From assembly GCA_964655135.1 (NCBI GenBank), contig CAZZKL010000002.1, positions 1 to 55,905 on the forward strand: a stretch of 55,905 nucleotides of DNA, written 5' to 3'. Positions 50,201-55,905 of the stretch are shown piece by piece (the first letter of the stretch is position 1; each line of letters opens with the position of its first letter). The notes beneath the pieces are model-generated. The model was not told the origin of the DNA. It was given only the letters and a program-made list of their open reading frames with translations, and made no database searches. This stretch comes from an uncultured Roseovarius sp. Its GTDB lineage: Bacteria > Pseudomonadota > Alphaproteobacteria > Rhodobacterales > Rhodobacteraceae. The translations under genes were made by a program, and so were the position numbers.

Positions 50201-51013
50201 TCAGGCGGCGATGTTGACATCAAGGCCGTCGATTGTGGCGCTCGCAAGCAGGGTTGTTACATAATCCTGCGCAGCTTTGGCCCAATGGGCTTTTTCGCAG
50301 GCTTCATACAGGGTTTCGCGCACCGCTTCAAATGGCAAAAGCGCCCCCTCAGCGCGGGCGTCAAGGCGCAGGATGTGAAAGCCATAGCGGGTTTCAACCG
50401 GGGTTGGGTGGATGTCGCCGATGGTGGCGATTTTGAGCGCGGCCTCGAATTCCGGCACGGTGTCGCCGCTGCAAAGCTGGCCAAGCTGGCCATCGGCGTC
50501 GCGCGACGAACAGGCGCTGTCACTGCGGGCGATTTCGCCAAATTTGCGCGGCGATTGCAGCAGAGATTTGAGCGCGGCCTCGGCGTGCAGGCGGGCCACA
50601 GCACGGGTCTCGGTGCGGGCCGCCGGATCATCGGGTTTGGCGGCATAGAGGATATGCGACGCCTGATAGAGGGTCGGCGCGCGGTGCTGGCCGGGCGCGC
50701 GGCCGTAAGCCGCGCGCAGGCCTTCATCAGTTACCGGGGCTGGGGTGAGCGAGAGATCCAGCAATTCGCGGATCAGGGCCTCATCCGGGGTTTCAACCTG
50801 GCCCGGCGCGACCTCAACCGGGGTGGCGGTGAGGCCCATTTCAGCGGCCTCTTGCAGCATCAGATGCCGCACCGCAAGGGCGCGCGCGGCTTTGCGCCAC
50901 GCGATGCCCGGCTTGCCTTTGGGGGCGTGGTGATTTTGCGCCTCGGCGGCAATATCTGCCGCCGGGAGCGTGGTGCCATTGACCACAATTTCAGGGAAAA
51001 ATGCGGTGCTCAT
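50201..51013 (-). CDS. Parvulin-type peptidyl-prolyl isomerase (NifM-like, nar-associated)
   Basis: ASHIL, SACSS...GQLG, PEFEAAL, TRYGFHIL. Confidence 0.88.
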   Translation of the reverse strand: MSTAFFPEIVVNGTTLPAADIAAEAQNHHAPKGKPGIAWRKAARALAVRHLMLQEAAEMGLTATPVEVAPGQVETPDEALIRELLDLSLTPAPVTDEGLRAAYGRAPGQHRAPTLYQASHILYAAKPDDPAARTETRAVARLHAEAALKSLLQSPRKFGEIARSDSACSSRDADGQLGQLCSGDTVPEFEAALKIATIGDIHPTPVETRYGFHILRLDARAEGALLPFEAVRETLYEACEKAHWAKAAQDYVTTLLASATIDGLDVNIAA

Positions 51014-51014
51014 C

Positions 51015-51722
51015 TCATTCCCCCGGGGTTGGTTTGGACAGCGGCTCAGACCGGCGCGAGCGCACGATCTGATAGCCGGGGCGGGTGAGATACTGCAGCG
51101 GCACTGACAGCATATGCACCAGCCGGGTGAAGGGGAACAGAAGGAAGATTGTCAGCCCCATAAAGAGATGTATTTTGAACACCAAAGCCACGTCTTGGAT
51201 ATAGCTGGCGGCGTTTTTGTCAAAGGTGATGATGCCAAAGGCCCATGCCATAAATTTGGTCATCTCGCCGCCGTCAAGGTGCTGAACTGACACGATAATC
51301 GTGCTGAGGCCGAGGATAAGCTGTGCCAGTAAAAGCGCCAGAATACCGGTGTCGGCAAAGCTGGAATTGCGCCGGATGCGGGGATCAAACCAGCGGCGGT
51401 GAAACAGCATCAAGCCACCCGTGAGGGCCATGATACCGGCGATGCCACCGGCGACCACGGCGAGGGTTTGTTTGGCGCTGTGGGTGATGCCGAAAAACTC
51501 AAATATCTGAATGGGCGTCAGAAGGCCGATCAGGTGGCCAAAGAAGATGATCAGAATGCCGACATGGAACAATACCGACCCCATGATCAGTTGTTTGCGC
51601 CTGAGCAGTTGGCTGGAGCTTGATTTCCAGGTGAATTGCTCGGTCTCGTAACGGGCGATTGAGCCGAAAACCAGTATGGTGATGGCGATATAGGGGTAAA
51701 TGCCAAAGAGAAAACTGTGCAT
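51015..51722 (-). CDS. narI: Respiratory nitrate reductase gamma subunit
   Basis: TWKSSSSQLL; heme His ligands in LFHVG, FGHLIG, KIHL and RLVHM. Confidence 0.95.
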   Translation of the reverse strand: MHSFLFGIYPYIAITILVFGSIARYETEQFTWKSSSSQLLRRKQLIMGSVLFHVGILIIFFGHLIGLLTPIQIFEFFGITHSAKQTLAVVAGGIAGIMALTGGLMLFHRRWFDPRIRRNSSFADTGILALLLAQLILGLSTIIVSVQHLDGGEMTKFMAWAFGIITFDKNAASYIQDVALVFKIHLFMGLTIFLLFPFTRLVHMLSVPLQYLTRPGYQIVRSRRSEPLSKPTPGE

Positions 51723-51734
51723 TGCCGCCTCCTT

Positions 51735-52478
51735 TTATTCTGCTGCGTGGGGCGCGGATTGGCCCGGTTTGGTTTGGTTTGGCGCGGGGGTAACGGGGGT
51801 ATCCATTTGCGCCAGCATGTCGCGGACCTGCGGGCAGCCGCCATTTGGATCGGGGCCGAAAGTAACCTCGCTTTCTTCCCAAATTTCATCAAGCGCTTCC
51901 AGGTCGTCGGGGTCATCCTCGGGCTGCTCCAGTAGGCCCATGACCACGTTTTTGTCGGCTTTGACCTTGGCGATCTGCAAAAGCGCCGGGAAAAGCGCCG
52001 CATAGGGGCTTTCGCGGCGAACAAGGCGCGCGCTTAGGGCCTCAAGAATATGCGCGGCGTCATCAAGGATGTCGCGCATTTCCTCAAACGGGCGCAGGGC
52101 GAGAAACTCAAGCAGCACCGGCAGATGATCGGGCAGTTCCGACGTGGCCGGATCAAAGCCCGCGTCGCGGTAGGTTTCCAGCAGGCTGACCATCGCGCCG
52201 CCCCTGTCGCGGCTTTCGCCATGCACATGCTCGAATAGATTGAGCGACAGGCTGCGCGAGCGGTCAAACAGCGCCACATAAACCTCCTGCAGGTCGTAGA
52301 TGTCGTTGTTTTCAAGCGCCTCAAGCAGGGGTTTGAGGCCCCGACGAGTGGCGCTTGTCATGCGGCTGTCGGCCATCAGGACACCGGTGATTTCAGGCAT
52401 CGCTTCCTGCAATTCCGGGGTTGGATAGCTGAGGATCACCGACATGGCTTTCAGGGTTCTGTCAAATTGCTGGTTCAT
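51735..52478 (-). CDS. narJ: Nitrate reductase assembly chaperone
   Basis: YVALFDR, HVHGESRDRG, ELPDHLP. Confidence 0.95.
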   Translation of the reverse strand: MNQQFDRTLKAMSVILSYPTPELQEAMPEITGVLMADSRMTSATRRGLKPLLEALENNDIYDLQEVYVALFDRSRSLSLNLFEHVHGESRDRGGAMVSLLETYRDAGFDPATSELPDHLPVLLEFLALRPFEEMRDILDDAAHILEALSARLVRRESPYAALFPALLQIAKVKADKNVVMGLLEQPEDDPDDLEALDEIWEESEVTFGPDPNGGCPQVRDMLAQMDTPVTPAPNQTKPGQSAPHAAE

Positions 52479-53998
52479 GACATCGCCTCCGGCATTTTCA
52501 GCGGCCTTGATTTGCCACCAAACAGCGAGCCTTTGGAGATGCCGGTTGAGCAGCCGTTGGTATCGGTAAAGCCGCAGCCGCCGCGCAGGTCATAAGCGTC
52601 TTCGACCTGTTCGCGGTGGGTGGTGGGGATCACAAAACGATCCTCATAATCGGCCAGAGACATGATTTTATACATGTCTTCAATCAGCTCTGGCGTAAGG
52701 CCGACACGTTCGGCGATTGCCGCGTTGATCACGCCGTCCACGGTTTTGGAGCGCATATAGGCGCGCATGGCGGACATCCGCTCTAACGCCAGCACAACCG
52801 GTTCTTCATCGCCCGCCGTCAGCATGTTGGCAAGGTATTTGACCGGGATGCGCAAGGAGCGCACGTCGGGCATTTCGCCGTCATGGCCAATTTTACCGGC
52901 TTCAGCGGCGTTTTGGATCGGTGAAAGCGGCGGGATGTACCAGACCATCGGCAGGGTGCGATATTCGGGGTGCAGCGGGAAGGCCACTTTCCAATCCATC
53001 GCCATTTTCCAAACCGGGCTTTCTTGCGCGCCTTTGATCCAGTCCTCGGGCACGCCATCGGCACGGGCGGCGTTGATCACCGCAGGGTCATGCGGGTCAA
53101 GGAAGACATCAAGCTGCGCGTTATACAGCTCCTGCTCGGTGGGCGCGTTGGCGGCACTTTCGATCTTGTCGGCGTCATAAAGCATCACACCCAAGTAGCG
53201 GATGCGGCCAACGCAGGTTTCAGAACAGACGGTTGGGTTGCCGGATTCGATGCGGGGATAGCAGAGCGTGCATTTCTCGGATTTGCCGCTTTCCCAGTTG
53301 TAGTAAATCTTTTTGTAGGGGCAGCCCGAGACACACATCCGCCAGCCCCGGCATTTTTCCTGATCAATCAAAACAATGCCGTCTTCTTCGCGTTTATAAA
53401 TCGCACCTGAGGGGCACGACGCGACGCAGGCCGGGTTGAGGCAATGCTCACAGAGGCGCGGCAGGTACATCATGAAGGTGTTTTCATACTCGCCGTAAAT
53501 CTCTTTTTGGATGCCTTCAAAGTTGTAGTCCTTTGAGCGTTTAGCAAATTCGCCGCCAAGGATTTCCTCCCAGTTGGGGCCGCCGACGATTTTCTCCATG
53601 CGCTCGCCAGTGATCTTTGAACGTGGTCGGGCGGTGGGAAAGGCCTCCATTTCGGGGGCTGATTTCAGGTGATCATAATCAAAATCAAACGGCTCGTAAT
53701 AGTCGTCAATTTCCGGCAGGTCGGGATTGCCGAAGATGTTCGCAAGGATGCGCCATTTGGCCCCTTGTTTGGGTTGCAGTTTGCCGCGCTTGGTGCGCTC
53801 CCAGCCGCCGTTCCATTTCTTTTGGTTCTCCCAGTCCTTGGGATAGCCAAGGCCGGGTTTGGTTTCGACATTGTTGAACCAAGCGTATTCAACGCCGTCG
53901 CGGCTGGTCCAGACGTTTTTGCAGGTGACGGAACAGGTGTGGCACCCGATGCATTTATCAAGGTTTAGCACCATGCCGATTTGTGCGCGTACTTTCAT
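52475..53998 (-). CDS. narH: Respiratory nitrate reductase beta subunit
   Basis: Fe-S motifs CIGCHTCSVTC, CEHCLNPACVASC, CRGWRMCVSGC, CTLC...CSETC. Confidence 0.97.
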   Translation of the reverse strand: MKVRAQIGMVLNLDKCIGCHTCSVTCKNVWTSRDGVEYAWFNNVETKPGLGYPKDWENQKKWNGGWERTKRGKLQPKQGAKWRILANIFGNPDLPEIDDYYEPFDFDYDHLKSAPEMEAFPTARPRSKITGERMEKIVGGPNWEEILGGEFAKRSKDYNFEGIQKEIYGEYENTFMMYLPRLCEHCLNPACVASCPSGAIYKREEDGIVLIDQEKCRGWRMCVSGCPYKKIYYNWESGKSEKCTLCYPRIESGNPTVCSETCVGRIRYLGVMLYDADKIESAANAPTEQELYNAQLDVFLDPHDPAVINAARADGVPEDWIKGAQESPVWKMAMDWKVAFPLHPEYRTLPMVWYIPPLSPIQNAAEAGKIGHDGEMPDVRSLRIPVKYLANMLTAGDEEPVVLALERMSAMRAYMRSKTVDGVINAAIAERVGLTPELIEDMYKIMSLADYEDRFVIPTTHREQVEDAYDLRGGCGFTDTNGCSTGISKGSLFGGKSRPLKMPEAMS

Positions 53999-55905
53999 TC
54001 TGCCGCCTCCTTCTCAGATGCCGGCCTGTCAAGCCAGTCGATCTTTTTCATTTTACGCAAGATCACGAATTCATCGCGGTTTGATCCCACCGTGCCGTAG
54101 TAGTTGAAGCCATAAGATTGCTGCGCATAGCCGCCGATCATATGGGTGGGTTTCACCGTGGTGCGGGTGACCGAGTTGTGAATGCCGCCGCGATTGCCGG
54201 TTTTCTCCGAGCCGGGCGTGTTCACGATTTTCTCTTGCGCGTGGTACATGAAGATGGTGCCTTCGCGCATCCGCTGACTGACCACGACGCGGGCGGTTAA
54301 AGCGCCGTTGACGTTGTAGGCCTCAACCCAGTCATTATCGACCATGCCCGCTTTTTGCGCGTCCACTTCCGATATCCAGACCACCGGCCCGCCACGGTTC
54401 AATGTGAGCATCAGGAGGTTGTCCGAGTAGGTTGAGTGGATGCCCCATTTCTGGTGGGGGGTGATGAAGTTGAGGATCAAATGCGGCTCGCCGTCGCGGG
54501 CGTCGGTGTTGACCTCTTTGGTGATGGTTTTCAGGTCAACCGGCGGGCGGTAAGACATGAAACCCTCGCCAAAGGCGCGCATCCATAAGTGATCTTGGTA
54601 GAGTTGTTGCCGGCCAGTAAGAGTGCGCCACGGGATCAGCTCATGCACGTTGGTATAGCCCGCGTTATAGCAGACCTCCTCAGATTCAATCCCCGACCAT
54701 GTTGGGCTGGAAATGATTTTACGAGGTTGTGCGGCGATGTCGTGGAAGCGGATTTTGGTGTGCTCCGCGCCCTCGGCCAGATGGCGGTGTTTACGCCCGG
54801 TGGCTTTGCTGAGTTGGTCCCAGGCCTTGACGGCCACCTCACCATTGGTTTCGGGGGCCAGCATCAGGATCATCTCGCAGGCGTGGATGGCGGTGTCGAG
54901 CTTGGCCATGCCTTTTGAGATGCCCTCATCCAGCACCACGCCATTCAAATCGCGCAACTGCTGTACCTCGGGCTCGGTGTTCCAGTTGATGCCTTTGCCG
55001 CCATTGCCAAGCTTATCAAGAAGCGGGCCGATCGAGGTGAACTTCTTGTAAAGGTTGGGATAATCCCGCTCGACCGCGATATAATTGGGCGCGGTTTTGC
55101 CGGGGATCAGATCACATTCGCCTTTTTTCCAGTCCATCACCTGATCCTGCGCAATCTCGGCAGGGGTGTCGTGCAGGATTGGCAGGGCAACGATGTCATG
55201 TTCAATGCCCAAGGTTTCCGGGGCGATTTCTGAGAATTTCTTGGCGATGGCTTTGAAAATCTCCCAGTCGGATTTACTTTCATACGCCGGATCAACCGCC
55301 GCCTGAAGCGGGTGGATGAAGGGGTGCATATCCGAGGTGTTCATATCGTTTTTCTCGTACCAACTTGCGGTTGGCAAAACGATGTCGGAGTACACGGCGG
55401 TGGTGCTCATGCGAAAATCAATCGTCACCAGCAGGTCAAGTTTGCCTTCGGGGGCGTCCTTGTGCCATTTGGCTTCTTTCGGCAGGGCGTGGCCTTCTGC
55501 GGCAATATCGTGGCCCATGACGCCGTGATCGGTGCCGAGAAGATGCTTGATGAAATACTCATGGCCTTTGCCCGAGCTGCCCAGCAGATTGGAGCGCCAG
55601 ACAAACAGGTTGCGCGGCCAGTTTTCCGGCGCGTCGGGGTCCTCGCAGGCCATTTCCAACTTGCCAGATTTAAGCTGATCCGCGACATATTGCGCCACAT
55701 CTTTTTTGGATTTTTTCGCCGCCTTACCGACCTCAAGCGGGTTGGTTTTAAGCTGTGGCGCGGAGGGTAGCCAGCCCATGCGCTCGGCCCGGATGTTGTA
55801 ATCAATCAGTGACGCATCCCAATCGCCATCGGGGGCGGTGGGCGAGAGGATCTCATCGGATTCCAGCGTCTCATAGCGCCATTGATCGGTGTGGGCGTAC
55901 CACGC
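53995..55905 (-). CDS. narG: Respiratory nitrate reductase alpha subunit, 3' part (5' end outside window)
   Basis: Frame open to the window edge (AWYAHTDQWRYE...); SSGKGHEY, TPHQKWGIHS, YGFNYYG. Confidence 0.97.
   Translation of the reverse strand, partial: AWYAHTDQWRYETLESDEILSPTAPDGDWDASLIDYNIRAERMGWLPSAPQLKTNPLEVGKAAKKSKKDVAQYVADQLKSGKLEMACEDPDAPENWPRNLFVWRSNLLGSSGKGHEYFIKHLLGTDHGVMGHDIAAEGHALPKEAKWHKDAPEGKLDLLVTIDFRMSTTAVYSDIVLPTASWYEKNDMNTSDMHPFIHPLQAAVDPAYESKSDWEIFKAIAKKFSEIAPETLGIEHDIVALPILHDTPAEIAQDQVMDWKKGECDLIPGKTAPNYIAVERDYPNLYKKFTSIGPLLDKLGNGGKGINWNTEPEVQQLRDLNGVVLDEGISKGMAKLDTAIHACEMILMLAPETNGEVAVKAWDQLSKATGRKHRHLAEGAEHTKIRFHDIAAQPRKIISSPTWSGIESEEVCYNAGYTNVHELIPWRTLTGRQQLYQDHLWMRAFGEGFMSYRPPVDLKTITKEVNTDARDGEPHLILNFITPHQKWGIHSTYSDNLLMLTLNRGGPVVWISEVDAQKAGMVDNDWVEAYNVNGALTARVVVSQRMREGTIFMYHAQEKIVNTPGSEKTGNRGGIHNSVTRTTVKPTHMIGGYAQQSYGFNYYGTVGSNRDEFVILRKMKKIDWLDRPASEKEAAE

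Noticed and set aside
51755-51790. GGTTT repeats giving similar QTKP tails in NarJ and NhaA
   Set aside because: Short low-complexity similarity, most likely coincidence.

Overview
A gene-dense, GC-rich chromosomal window. Gene content and order point to an alphaproteobacterium of the Rhodobacteraceae/Roseobacter group (inference). Left to right: propionyl-CoA assimilation genes (pccB 3' end, small hypothetical ORFs, pccA, methylmalonyl-CoA mutase); MAPEG; nhaA; a VOC, TerB/DnaJ and EEP-nuclease block; ppx-ppk1-hdaA-AI-2E; proS; lolC/E-lolD; a c-type cytochrome; a 763-aa beta-helix (tailspike-like) protein convergent with a probable outer-membrane protein; two tandem universal stress proteins; uvrB; ppk2; SulP; ptsP-lysC; YceI; NUDIX; modABC; a peptide-type ABC transporter; a lone Fe(III)-type permease; and the 3' part of a respiratory nitrate reductase operon (narG'-H-J-I-PPIase-DUF2478). 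I see no rRNA, tRNA, CRISPR array, integrase or transposase, and I cannot support a clearly new multi-gene system. The most interesting signals are absent from the ORF track. They are a candidate anti-Shine-Dalgarno multi-hairpin sRNA and a decayed 49-aa lipoprotein between pccB and pccA; an internally deleted dehydrogenase remnant; two ~116-bp GANTC-containing double-hairpin repeats with compensatory changes; GTAG-REP doublets that supply the stop codons of three genes; and FNR-, CtrA- and iron-box-like motifs. Family assignments come from motif recognition by eye; no searches were run.
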